From the IMG/VR virus record IMGVR_UViG_3300014613_000017, positions 32,001 to 96,000 of that record: a DNA stretch of 64,000 nucleotides; one strand, given 5' to 3'. Every line of letters begins with the position of its first letter. The first letter of the stretch is position 1. Under the pieces are notes generated by a model. The model searched no databases and was not told where the DNA came from. It was given only the letters and a program-made list of their open reading frames with translations. Made by a program: the position numbers and the translations under genes. This stretch comes from a virus. Of this stretch, positions 9,410-18,668 are shown piece by piece.

Positions 9410-10135
9410 TTATTGTATTGCTGACTCCGCTACTTTAAATCCTAAATCTTCAGCTTCTTTTTTAACAAATCCACCATCTAAATGCATGCAATAAACCCTA
9501 TCTCTTACGTCCGACTTCACCAATTCATCTAATTTTCTCAAGGAGAGATGTACATTCCCTTCGTAATCAGCCTTACAAGTGTCTTGATAGAAATAATCAA
9601 AGACTCCACTGTGCAGATTTCCAAGGATGGTTTTTGGAATATCATTAGAATCTCCACTGTAATATGCAACTTTACCTTCAAACTGAATAACATATCCATA
9701 GCAATCTAGCTCTTTTACATGTGTAACATCTACAGACTCCACTAGCATTTTTAAATTATCAATGATTACATTGTTATGAAACTGTACTAAGTTATATGAG
9801 TTTTGTTTTACTCCCACCATTTTTAACAAGCGACTGATTTCTAAGAAGTAAGGTGCGTAAACAGTAACATTAGGCTTCATCATTTCTCCCATTGCATAAT
9901 AGCCGTAGAATATTAAATCCCCTAATGAGCCAACATGATCTGGATGTGTATGAGTTAATAATACTGAAATATCTTCAATTCCTTCTAATAGCCCTGCCTC
10001 AATGATTCGATCAAAAGTGTTGCTACCACAATCAATTAGAAACAAGCTTTTGTCTTTTTTGATAAATGCTCCATTGTTGCCTAGTTTTGTATTGAATGCA
10101 CTTCCTGTGCCAATAAATTTCAACATGTTATTCAT
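9410..10135 (-). CDS. apyc1: Metallo-beta-lactamase-fold hydrolase, Apyc1-like anti-Pycsar cyclic nucleotide phosphodiesterase
   Basis: GTGSAFN, FLIDCG, THTHPDHVGSLGDLIFY, YYSGD, DTCKADYEGNVHLS, YCMHLD match the Apyc1 subfamily as recalled. Confidence 0.8.
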   Translation of the reverse strand: MNNMLKFIGTGSAFNTKLGNNGAFIKKDKSLFLIDCGSNTFDRIIEAGLLEGIEDISVLLTHTHPDHVGSLGDLIFYGYYAMGEMMKPNVTVYAPYFLEISRLLKMVGVKQNSYNLVQFHNNVIIDNLKMLVESVDVTHVKELDCYGYVIQFEGKVAYYSGDSNDIPKTILGNLHSGVFDYFYQDTCKADYEGNVHLSLRKLDELVKSDVRDRVYCMHLDGGFVKKEAEDLGFKVAESAIQ

Positions 10136-10149
10136 CCTTTCCTAATGTT

Positions 10150-10422
10150 TTATGATCTACTTCGAAACTCCATTGATTCCTTCATATCTTTATCAGATAG
10201 AGCTTTTAAAGCTTCTCCGTTTTGCTCAACACACTTTTCAAAACTTCTTTTAATTTTAAGTTTTATTCCACACTTGGGACAATAATTCACATCTAGCCTG
10301 TAAATTTCATTGCGAAAATACTCAATATAAAGATAATGACCACCTTTGTCTTCATCGTAACAAATCCCGTCACTTCCTCTAAGGGCTTCTTCTGTATTGT
10401 CCTTATTGCAGTAATCGCACAT
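10150..10422 (-). CDS. Zinc-ribbon hypothetical protein
   Basis: MCDYC...YCPKCG. Confidence 0.6.
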   Translation of the reverse strand: MCDYCNKDNTEEALRGSDGICYDEDKGGHYLYIEYFRNEIYRLDVNYCPKCGIKLKIKRSFEKCVEQNGEALKALSDKDMKESMEFRSRS

Positions 10423-10469
10423 TTCACCCTCTCCTTCCCTTGTAAAAACGTTATTTTATTTGGTATTAA

Positions 10470-10904
10470 TTATGGTATCACGGGCAACACTCTCACCATT
10501 TTCAAAGCATTACCTAAGAATACTCCAACACTTGCAGCACCAACTAACGCTGTATCAATTATGTCGAATCCTTTATTCTCATTATTCTTTGTATCTGAAT
10601 CAACAATTTCATCTTTATCAACTTCAGATGTGAGAACTACACTACTCACGTTCATCACTGTTGATCCTTGTAGCTCTCTGATTTCATTATGTTGGTTCAC
10701 ATTAATCTGCTGTAATGTGCTGTTTCTTGTTTCAAGTTGCTCAATCTTCATTTGTTGTTTTTGTAGCAACTTCGCATATAAATCAACCTTTGCATTTTGG
10801 TCTTTTATGTTCCCTATGAATGATAATAGTAGTACGATTAGAGTGGTTATAATGATGCAAATTAGGACAACACGACCTTTCTTAAGTCGTTTTAACATTG
10901 TCAT
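10470..10904 (-). CDS. Membrane-anchored coiled-coil protein
   Basis: N-terminal TM, coiled coil, hydrophobic C-terminus. Confidence 0.6.
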   Translation of the reverse strand: MTMLKRLKKGRVVLICIIITTLIVLLLSFIGNIKDQNAKVDLYAKLLQKQQMKIEQLETRNSTLQQINVNQHNEIRELQGSTVMNVSSVVLTSEVDKDEIVDSDTKNNENKGFDIIDTALVGAASVGVFLGNALKMVRVLPVIP

Positions 10905-10933
10905 CCTCCATATTTTTGATTATAGTTTATTAA

Positions 10934-11518
10934 TTAAGCGTTTTTTCTTTTCTTTCTAAGATGTGTAACTTTATTCTCACCTTGTTTTTCCAATGGGAAT
11001 GCCACTTCAATTGATCCTACACATTGTTTAGCTAGCTTCAATACATTGCTTAATCGTGTTCCTTGTAGTACTTTAAAATTCAAATCTACACAGCTAGAGC
11101 TTATATTTACTACACCATGTATGCTGAAATCTCCAACGGGAATCAACTTCTTACCAACACCTCTTCCAGCATGAAGACTTCCACTGTTAAATGAAATTTT
11201 CCCAATGCTATCTTCCCTGCCTAGACTTGCATCAATAGCTATAACAGTTTTTCCTTTTGGTATTTTTGCAACGCTTTCTTCTAAATTTAAGGCATGAACT
11301 GGCTCATCAATTGTGCCAAGTACATTTTCATATCCCAATTCTTTTAGGAAGCTGCCTACAAACGGAGCAAATGAATCTCCTGATGAACGATCTGTTCCTA
11401 TACATAGAAAGAATACATCTTTCGTCTTTACATGTTTATTGAAACTTGCAGACAGTGATTTCACATCCTCGAACACACCCAGTCTTACTCCTTCAAATAC
11501 ATCATCGTTTCCAGCCAT
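10934..11518 (-). CDS. yyaC: YyaC-like spore protease (GPR-related, DUF1256)
   Basis: FLCIGTDRSSGDS...LGTIDEPVHALNL...IAIDASLG...GVGKKL..VGD are family-typical motifs. Confidence 0.85.
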   Translation of the reverse strand: MAGNDDVFEGVRLGVFEDVKSLSASFNKHVKTKDVFFLCIGTDRSSGDSFAPFVGSFLKELGYENVLGTIDEPVHALNLEESVAKIPKGKTVIAIDASLGREDSIGKISFNSGSLHAGRGVGKKLIPVGDFSIHGVVNISSSCVDLNFKVLQGTRLSNVLKLAKQCVGSIEVAFPLEKQGENKVTHLRKKRKNA

Positions 11519-11759
11519 TATTTATGCCTCCTTATAGTTAATTAATTAGATAAGTTTTATAAATTGTATTTCTTTTTAATTTCCTCGTTTCTTCTTCCAC
11601 TGTCCTCAATATCCAGTTCAATCATTCTCGTCCATATCTTATTTAATACAAAATATGAAGTCAGATCTCTACTTTTCATCGCCTTTTCGCTTTCAGCATA
11701 TAATTCATCTTGTAGCGTCTTCCATTTATCCATAGTTTACCTCCATTAAAATAGAAGTT

Positions 11760-11966
11760 TTAATTAAACTCTTTTTTGTGTTTCTCAATAACTTTACGCA
11801 TCATTGTTTTACCACTTCTAGTTCCAATGAATACAGTCTTTGCTAATAGCCCTTCTGCATATAGTTTTAGATATGCCTTTTGCCATTCAAGCAACTCAAA
11901 ACCAAGATATTTTTCAGCGAAATAGGCAGGATCATTTTTACATTTTTGAAATTCTTGATTGTTCAC
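11760..11966 (-). CDS. 68-aa microprotein resembling the N-terminus of a large terminase ATPase
   Basis: KCKNDPAYFAEKYL...LLEWQK...TRSGKT (Q-motif plus Walker A-like). Confidence 0.65.
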   Translation of the reverse strand: MNNQEFQKCKNDPAYFAEKYLGFELLEWQKAYLKLYAEGLLAKTVFIGTRSGKTMMRKVIEKHKKEFN

Positions 11967-12011
11967 GACTTCTCCTCCTCCTAGCTAATATAAAATGGAA
12001 CTTTCGTTGGA

Positions 12012-12233
12012 CTATTCATACTGCTTTCTAAGCTTCTTCTTCACCAAATTTCGATCATATTTCTCAGCGTTGACACGCTTTTCCCTATTACACTTAGGAC
12101 AATACAGAATGTAATACGTTGCCATCTCATATCTTCCTGAATCATGATTTGCATACACACGATAGTCAGTATCAATATTTCGATAGTCATGTTCACACTT
12201 TAACTTTTTCAGAAGCGATTTAAAGAATTTCAT
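12012..12233 (-). CDS. Small zinc-binding protein
   Basis: CEHDY...CPKC. Confidence 0.65.
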   Translation of the reverse strand: MKFFKSLLKKLKCEHDYRNIDTDYRVYANHDSGRYEMATYYILYCPKCNREKRVNAEKYDRNLVKKKLRKQYE

Positions 12234-12400
12234 TAATATCTCTCCTTACGATGTCTAGCTCGATTATCACTCCATGCCTTCATTGCCAACTTTTTATTGT
12301 GTTTTTTCTCAACAATTGTTCCTATGACTGCTCCGATTATAAATGTAACTACTGTTGCTATAAGCATTTCCATTTAAATACCTCCTGTAAGTAATATGAT

Positions 12401-12628
12401 TTACTGTTGTAGATAATCTTCCAAATCTTCAATAGTGGAATCAGATTCGTTAATTTTCAAATCGTCTTCCCATTCAAATTCAGCAGATTCTTTCACATTT
12501 CCAATCTGCACCTCTACCCACATCTCGCTGCCAACTAAATCTTTAAATTCACCGACAAAATGTTCTGCATTTTCATACTCACTTGAATAATCTACAACAT
12601 AAACTTCCAACTTCATCACTCTTGCCAT
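12401..12628 (-). CDS. Acidic hypothetical protein
   Basis: ORF with RBS. Confidence 0.6.
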   Translation of the reverse strand: MARVMKLEVYVVDYSSEYENAEHFVGEFKDLVGSEMWVEVQIGNVKESAEFEWEDDLKINESDSTIEDLEDYLQQ

Positions 12629-13237
12629 TTTTACACTTCCTTTAGTTTAATAAATACAATATTTTAATTGTTTGTTTTGTTAGTTTTGTTAATCTTTTTT
12701 AAAAGTGACAGCTCCCAAGAGGTACAGTGCACAATTTTCCCATCTAAAATCCACCAAGAAGGCTTTTCCTTTAGTCTCTCAATAATAGACTCCAAGGTTT
12801 TATTGCTTACAAATCCACCTTTATGCACCTAAATCACCTCATTCTCCAATAATACTGATCGTATTTCCGCATATAAATCCTCAAGCAGCATTACTTGAAT
12901 ATCCAGCTTCCCACCATTCTCTAACTTATAATCCATTATCTCAATAAGTTTGAACATGCGATCATTTAGATTCTGTAGTCTTGTTATTTTGTCCACTCTT
13001 AGTCATCCCTTTCTTATTCCTTAATTCTTACTTCAACCGTGTCAAAATCTACCTCATATCTGTCTCCGCTAAATCCAGATATTCCTACAATAGAATCAAC
13101 ATATGAGGTGTCTCCAAGCTTCTTAAATAAGTATTCCTGAACTGCTTGTGTAAATTCTTTTTTAGTCAACTCAACTTTCATCGTTTTTCTCCTTCCCCCC
13201 TAAAATAACTCTTTTAATGAATAATGTTTTCATACTG

Positions 13238-13453
13238 TTACTTAACAGGTTCAAAATAACTACTGTGTACCCATCCAAACTCTTGTTTCCAATCCAAATA
13301 CATCAAGAAAAAGGTTTCCCCTTCTTCTTTATTAACACCGTATATAGCAACTTTTTCTCCTGTATCTCTATCCGATAATTTATAAAGCAGTTTGTACTCC
13401 ATGTGTTTCACTCCTTCTTGTTTAAGTTTTGCTTTGTAACATAATATGTTCAC
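13238..13453 (-). CDS. Hypothetical protein (start probably ~13402)
   Basis: AAGGAG RBS before internal ATG. Confidence 0.55.
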   Translation of the reverse strand: MNILCYKAKLKQEGVKHMEYKLLYKLSDRDTGEKVAIYGVNKEEGETFFLMYLDWKQEFGWVHSSYFEPVK

Positions 13454-13661
13454 TTAAATGCTGAAACACTTTTGATAAGTCATCACACAGCTCAGAAGTT
13501 AATTTCACTCCAAAATGGGAATCACAGCCTTCTATTAAATAAAAATCACCATCCGTAGAGTTGTGAACAAAGAAAAGTCTCTCATTGTCTATTTTTTTAA
13601 GAATGCCCTCTTCGTCATATACTTTAATGTCACCAAATATATCTACATTATTGAATTTCAT
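13422..13661 (-). CDS. Hypothetical phage protein
   Basis: AAGGAG RBS. Confidence 0.6.
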   Translation of the reverse strand: MKFNNVDIFGDIKVYDEEGILKKIDNERLFFVHNSTDGDFYLIEGCDSHFGVKLTSELCDDLSKVFQHLSEHIMLQSKT

Positions 13662-13711
13662 GTTTCTTCACTCCTTGAAATGTTTTTATGCTTCCAATTA
13701 AAACCAATCTT

Positions 13712-13939
13712 TTATTTGTTAATGTCCACACAAACCATTTTGCTACTAAATGAACTTATTACATTAAATCCACTGTTTTTTAGATATTCTGAGATACAAT
13801 ACCTAACTACATCATCAGGAATAGAAATCACATAGCAATCTTTTTCCCAATTTTTAATGTCATTATAAACTTTTTCTAGCAATGTATTTATTTCATTTAG
13901 TGTTTCCTCGAAATAATTACTCGCCTTCATATTCTTCAA
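13712..13939 (-). CDS. Hypothetical phage protein
   Basis: Stop in site 13699. Confidence 0.55.
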   Translation of the reverse strand: MKNMKASNYFEETLNEINTLLEKVYNDIKNWEKDCYVISIPDDVVRYCISEYLKNSGFNVISSFSSKMVCVDINK

Positions 13940-14108
13940 TATTTATGCTTGATAGATTTTCTAAGACCCTCTTCGCCATCTCAATCAGCTCATATACAGA
14001 CTCTGCGTCTTCCATATAAGCACATTCACGCTTTTCAGTGTGTCTAAGAGACTGGCTCAATCCTTGATAAATAACGTCATAATCACTAATAGTCAGTCTA
14101 TATCTCAT
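13917..14108 (-). CDS. Hypothetical phage protein
   Basis: AAGGAG RBS. Confidence 0.55.
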   Translation of the reverse strand: MRYRLTISDYDVIYQGLSQSLRHTEKRECAYMEDAESVYELIEMAKRVLENLSSINIEEYEGE

Positions 14109-14126
14109 AATTTCATCTCTCCTTAA

Positions 14127-14456
14127 TTATTGTGGTTTTGAATTAGCACCGTCATGAACTAGAAACATTTTATATTTTTTAATCTTACTTATTAATGATG
14201 ATTTCTTTGATTCCCCATACCAAGAGTGAGGATAGATACTATCTCTGCCTTTATATTTATCATCTATAAAACCTTGAAAAGCGTCACTGTCAGCTCTTTT
14301 CCAAAAGAAAATTTTTGCTCCTTCTGGTTGATTTTCAAATGGCAACGATTCATCACTAAAGCTATCAACAGTAGTGTCCACTATCCCACTGTAAATTTCA
14401 AAACTTTCATGTGGAAATTCTGAACTCCACCATATTTGACCGATTCCTAAATACAA
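14127..14456 (-). CDS. Hypothetical phage protein
   Basis: AGGAGAGG RBS directly after site 14477. Confidence 0.6.
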   Translation of the reverse strand: MYLGIGQIWWSSEFPHESFEIYSGIVDTTVDSFSDESLPFENQPEGAKIFFWKRADSDAFQGFIDDKYKGRDSIYPHSWYGESKKSSLISKIKKYKMFLVHDGANSKPQ

Positions 14457-14489
14457 ACTAGCAACCCCTCTCCTATTAAAATTTTCGTT

Positions 14490-14621
14490 TTATTCGATAA
14501 CGTCATTTTCTTCGTCTTTTTCGTCATCTAGCCAAACTATCCATCCTTGCCCTCTAATCCCTTGTGTATCAAGGGTTTCAGGCGACTCTATAACACTTCC
14601 GTTCTTAAACACGATTTTCAC
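14490..14621 (-). CDS. 43-aa microprotein resembling the terminase ATPase NGS/Walker B segment
   Basis: Manual translation (GTG start, GGAGG RBS): VKIVFKNGSVIESPETLDTQGIRGQGWIVWLDDEKDEENDVIE; flanked by sites 14477 and 14637. Confidence 0.65.
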   Translation of the reverse strand: MKIVFKNGSVIESPETLDTQGIRGQGWIVWLDDEKDEENDVIE

Positions 14622-14656
14622 CTTTTCAACCTCCGATAAAATGCACATTTTAGTCT

Positions 14657-15034
14657 TCAATAGATATTATTTCTGAAATTATCGAACAACTTATTTACCT
14701 TCTTTGTTACAGCACTGTCTCTATAAAAGCTCATCTCACTGTATTGTCTTGGATTTGGATTGTCAGGATCGCTTGATTGGCAACCTTCTCGATTTAATTG
14801 GTGCTGGAAATTTTCTTCTGAACACCATTTCAATCCACCCCAACCAACCCACTTATCATCGGATGCTGTTACTTCCAAATATCCATCAAGCTGATTTAAA
14901 CGTTTGAGCATAAGTAGATACTCGCTAAACTGATCTTCCCAATCCTTATAGCTACTTCCAAACATCATTGTTAGTTCATCTGTGAACTGAACACGGACTA
15001 TTTTATTTCTTTGCTTACCCATAGCACACCTCAA
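14657..15034 (-). CDS. Hypothetical phage protein
   Basis: GAGGTG RBS. Confidence 0.65.
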   Translation of the reverse strand: MRCAMGKQRNKIVRVQFTDELTMMFGSSYKDWEDQFSEYLLMLKRLNQLDGYLEVTASDDKWVGWGGLKWCSEENFQHQLNREGCQSSDPDNPNPRQYSEMSFYRDSAVTKKVNKLFDNFRNNIY

Positions 15035-15055
15035 TTATTGTATTATAGTTTACTA

Positions 15056-15460
15056 TTAAACTGTTTCTAAAACCTTCTTCTTCCAAGTGAATCGAGCTTT
15101 GTTAAATGCTTTCTTGATTGAATAGTAAGCATCTCGCTTAACTAAATCAAGATGAGTTACCTTCTCTTCTATCCCTAATTCTCTATTCAGCTTCAGATAC
15201 AATTGATTGTCACGTTTCCATCCTACAGGTGTTTTACAGTGATTCTTCATCCATACGATTGTTCCTTCAGCATTTACAATGAAATGTAATTTACCATATC
15301 TGTAATGTGTTCCAGCATGGTTAGCTCGTACACTTGAAACCGCCAATTGAGCATTGCGTGTCATTTTCAGTCTAGCTTGATGTAGTGAAAGCTCCTCATT
15401 ACCTTTAACTGATTTACAATACTCTCTGTAGATACCCTTTGCGAATTTTAAAGTTTGCAT
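15056..15460 (-). CDS. Basic hypothetical protein
   Basis: AAGGGG RBS. Confidence 0.65.
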   Translation of the reverse strand: MQTLKFAKGIYREYCKSVKGNEELSLHQARLKMTRNAQLAVSSVRANHAGTHYRYGKLHFIVNAEGTIVWMKNHCKTPVGWKRDNQLYLKLNRELGIEEKVTHLDLVKRDAYYSIKKAFNKARFTWKKKVLETV

Positions 15461-15493
15461 TTTAATTTCCCCTTTTCATTATGGATTTAGTTT

Positions 15494-15790
15494 TTAATTT
15501 AGGTTTCCGTTTTCATCTGCATCATCTTCACTTACAAATTCATCATCAAACATATGCTCAAACAGATCAGGATTGTTCTCGTATACTTCCTTCATGGCTT
15601 CCAGCATGTCAGTCTGTCCTTCTTGATAAGCTAACTGGAAATAAATTCTTAGAACTGAAAACACCTCGATTGGTAAGGCGAGTTTGTTCCCATTCGTCTC
15701 ATTCATAATCTTCTCCCATTTAGCTTGTACAATCTCAGTTAAATTGTTGTCTATCTTATCCCCTAAATTCAATCCGTTGCTCATTCTCAT
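15494..15790 (-). CDS. Hypothetical protein with acidic tail
   Basis: RBS; promoter at ~15826-15856. Confidence 0.6.
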   Translation of the reverse strand: MRMSNGLNLGDKIDNNLTEIVQAKWEKIMNETNGNKLALPIEVFSVLRIYFQLAYQEGQTDMLEAMKEVYENNPDLFEHMFDDEFVSEDDADENGNLN

Positions 15791-16094
15791 TTTCCCCGTT
15801 TCTATTAAAGTAGTTTACACTATTTACTATATACATATTTCCAATAATTATCAATACTTTATTTATAATTTATTAAATAAATAATTATTGAGCTGTTTAA
15901 TCGTTCATAATTGTTGCTCTTATAGTTAATTAAAAAATGGACATAATAACTTTTAAGGGCGGTGATCTTCTTGGAAGATGCATTCAAAGTTTTGTCCATT
16001 GCTGTAGTTGCTTCTGTAGTTGTGGTTTTTACTATTTATATGACTGTTAATATTTTTTGTTATCACTTAGGTATGTGCTATTAAAAGATGCTTT

Positions 16095-16466
16095 TTAATT
16101 GATGTTGCTTAACGCTTGTCGTGCAATTTTTCCTGCATCAATGCTAACTGTTGTATTCTCACCATCCACTAACAGATTGTTTTCTTCATCTGCATAAAAC
16201 TTCAACGCTTCACGTAGACGGTCAATTTCAGCATCTTTTCTTTCGAGGTTATCTTGATGTGCATTTGCTACTATTACACGTGTTTCTCGCAAAGTGTCAA
16301 CGTTTTTTTGTAACCCTTTTATGTTGCTTTGGAGATAATCAATGCCTATTTCCAACTCTTCCACACGTTCAGCTTGTTCGATAAGCCACCTAATATCTAG
16401 GTGAAGGTATTTCATTGTGCCAAAGCCTTGAGTTTTAATTTGTTCTAGACGTTCCTTATCTGTCAT
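16095..16466 (-). CDS. Coiled-coil phage protein (cassette-like unit)
   Basis: GGAGG RBS; LREALKFYA motif; between sites 16082 and 16492. Confidence 0.65.
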   Translation of the reverse strand: MTDKERLEQIKTQGFGTMKYLHLDIRWLIEQAERVEELEIGIDYLQSNIKGLQKNVDTLRETRVIVANAHQDNLERKDAEIDRLREALKFYADEENNLLVDGENTTVSIDAGKIARQALSNIN

Positions 16467-16504
16467 TTTTGATCCTCCATTTATAGTTCATTAAATGTAA
16501 CATT

Positions 16505-17152
16505 TTAATTGGCTTCACCCTCATCTTCGTCTTTCCACATTTGTAGCCAACTTGCTATAACATCGTATCTGATTTCATCGTAAACTTCTGAACTTATAAA
16601 CCATTCATCCCAATCTTTATTATGCTTGATAGAATTGCAACCTTTGCAAGCTAAAACACAGTTATCAATACCATCTGAGCCATTGTTATAAGCATGATCT
16701 TTGTGTAGATTGTTATTATATTTAGCTTTAGCCTCGGTTTCACTGATGCCACAATACATACAGGAACTGTTAGCGTAATCATATAATATAGCCAATTCTT
16801 CATTGGATATGTCATGATTTTTATGAGATTGTCTTTTTTCTCTGTATGTCTTAATCTTGTCTTTGTTGTTGCGTTGCCATTCTAAATACTTACCACTTTT
16901 TCTATCTTCTCTGTTTCTCTCAAGTCTTTTTGCTTTATAGTGCTCTCTAGCATCTCTTTCTTTGTAATATTCTCTCCATTTTGTCTCGTTTTCTTTTTTC
17001 CAATTAGCCGAATATTCTCTAGAACATTCCTTACATGAGGAAAATAACCCATCTCTACTGCTTTTATGCTTATAGAAAAACTCTGATGTTGATGGGAATG
17101 TTTCCAAACACTTCTTGCATTGCTTCTCCAAAACTTCACCTTCCTCTCCCAA
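16505..17152 (-). CDS. HNH endonuclease with N-terminal C4 zinc finger
   Basis: CKKC...FFY...DG...CKEC; CMYCG...LHKDHA...NCVLACKGCNSIKH. Confidence 0.85.
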   Translation of the reverse strand: MGEEGEVLEKQCKKCLETFPSTSEFFYKHKSSRDGLFSSCKECSREYSANWKKENETKWREYYKERDAREHYKAKRLERNREDRKSGKYLEWQRNNKDKIKTYREKRQSHKNHDISNEELAILYDYANSSCMYCGISETEAKAKYNNNLHKDHAYNNGSDGIDNCVLACKGCNSIKHNKDWDEWFISSEVYDEIRYDVIASWLQMWKDEDEGEAN

Positions 17153-17165
17153 TAAGTCGAGCCTT

Positions 17166-17426
17166 TTACTGTATATCTAGTTGCTCAATGTAGTCCAATA
17201 TCAATGAAGCAGTCCAAACCTTTCCTTTCTGAAATGAGATGTCCTTACATTCTTCATTGATGGTCATTCCATCACGAATCATAATCATAAGCTTATCTTT
17301 AACTTTCTCAACTTCACTCATTTTTTCATCTCCTAATGAAATCTTTATTTCATTATTATTTTGATTATAATTTATTAATATGCAAGAAGCAAGCATTATA
17401 TTACTCAATGTTGGCTTCTTTTCCAT
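17166..17426 (-). CDS. Hypothetical protein (true start probably MSEVEK at ~17321)
   Basis: AGGAG RBS before internal ATG. Confidence 0.5.
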   Translation of the reverse strand: MEKKPTLSNIMLASCILINYNQNNNEIKISLGDEKMSEVEKVKDKLMIMIRDGMTINEECKDISFQKGKVWTASLILDYIEQLDIQ

Positions 17427-17735
17427 TTTCTTTATTTAATTCTTCAGCAACTCGTTTAGCTTCTTCCTCTAAGGCTTTGATTTGATCGTCAGTCAATACT
17501 GTAATAGACTTCTTGTAATCATCCCAGCTCGAATTTGTCATTGCTGTTATACCTCTTTTCTATTTTTGAATATCATATCACATCCATTTCATTTGCTCAA
17601 ATTTCATTTTTAATAATTATTAAAAGTTTATTAATTTACTAAGATTTTGTTGGACAGCAGACACCTCTCTGTCCATACAACATCTCGCAACTATTGCAAA
17701 CAACACCTGTTATATGGAGCATGTCTATCATTCTG

Positions 17736-17927
17736 CTAAACTTCATCTAGCTCTTCTGCCGCAATAAGCTCAATCTCTTCCACTTCAACACAGCATGTCC
17801 CACCAAGTAAGTTTGATAAGACTAAGCTCATCTCACCTAACAACAATGGATCGTAGTCAGCAACCATTTCACTAAATGGTACATCTGATGTGCCTGTGAC
17901 AACATACTTCAACATGTATCGTGCCAT
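17736..17927 (-). CDS. Small acidic protein
   Basis: GGGGG RBS before MARYMLKY. Confidence 0.55.
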   Translation of the reverse strand: MARYMLKYVVTGTSDVPFSEMVADYDPLLLGEMSLVLSNLLGGTCCVEVEEIELIAAEELDEV

Positions 17928-18244
17928 TCTATTTCCCCCGTTTTTACGAACAACCGTTCGCATATTTTCTTTTATTCTATCTTGTCCAAACGTATCTGTC
18001 AACGAGTACATTTGCCAAATAATTCTATATGTTAATATTACAATTACATTACCAATTAACAATAATACTATTCTATTATTTGTGGTACTTTTTTATCCTC
18101 CAATGTATCCATTGTGTCGAATAAATAGGACTAGTTGCTACTACAAAAAATCCCAATTTTGTTGTTATAATTGCGATGTAGCAATCAACTAGCTACCGAT
18201 ATTGAGACTGTCTGACCAACTAAGAGGGGTTCTGGACAGTCTCA

Positions 18245-18388
18245 TTATTTTTTAGGTTCTTCCGACTCTTCCAAGTCTTTCTCGACTAATTCTGCCATAT
18301 AGACTTTGATGTGAACACCAATTGTTGCACACTTAATCTTTAACTTTAGGTGTGTCGCTTCCTTTAGTTCAAAAGACACATTCTTCAA
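18245..18388 (-). CDS. Ribbon-helix-helix DNA-binding microprotein
   Basis: Manual: MKNVSFELKEATHLKLKIKCATIGVHIKVYMAELVEKDLEESEEPKK; GGGGGAGG RBS. Confidence 0.6.
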   Translation of the reverse strand: MKNVSFELKEATHLKLKIKCATIGVHIKVYMAELVEKDLEESEEPKK

Positions 18389-18668
18389 ATTGCAATTCAC
18401 CCTCCCCCTGTCCTACAAGAAAATCTTACCATGTTCTGATTTTTCAGTCAACTCTTATTTCCAATACTTGTATCAAATGTAAGTAGAATGGTCTTTGTCT
18501 TATATATATACATTCTTTTTGTGATCTTGGACTCACTTTCTCGCACCTACCAAGATACCAAAAACAAGCTACATATACTTATACTTTATTTATTACTCTT
18601 AGTCAGCACATTTCCCAGCTCGAAAAATGAGTGACTGTTATATAGTTTTTTCTAAGATGATTATTTTT

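Noticed and set aside
14559-14575. Palindrome CCCTTG-N5-CAAGGG
   Set aside because: Single copy inside the 14490 microprotein ORF; no partner site found
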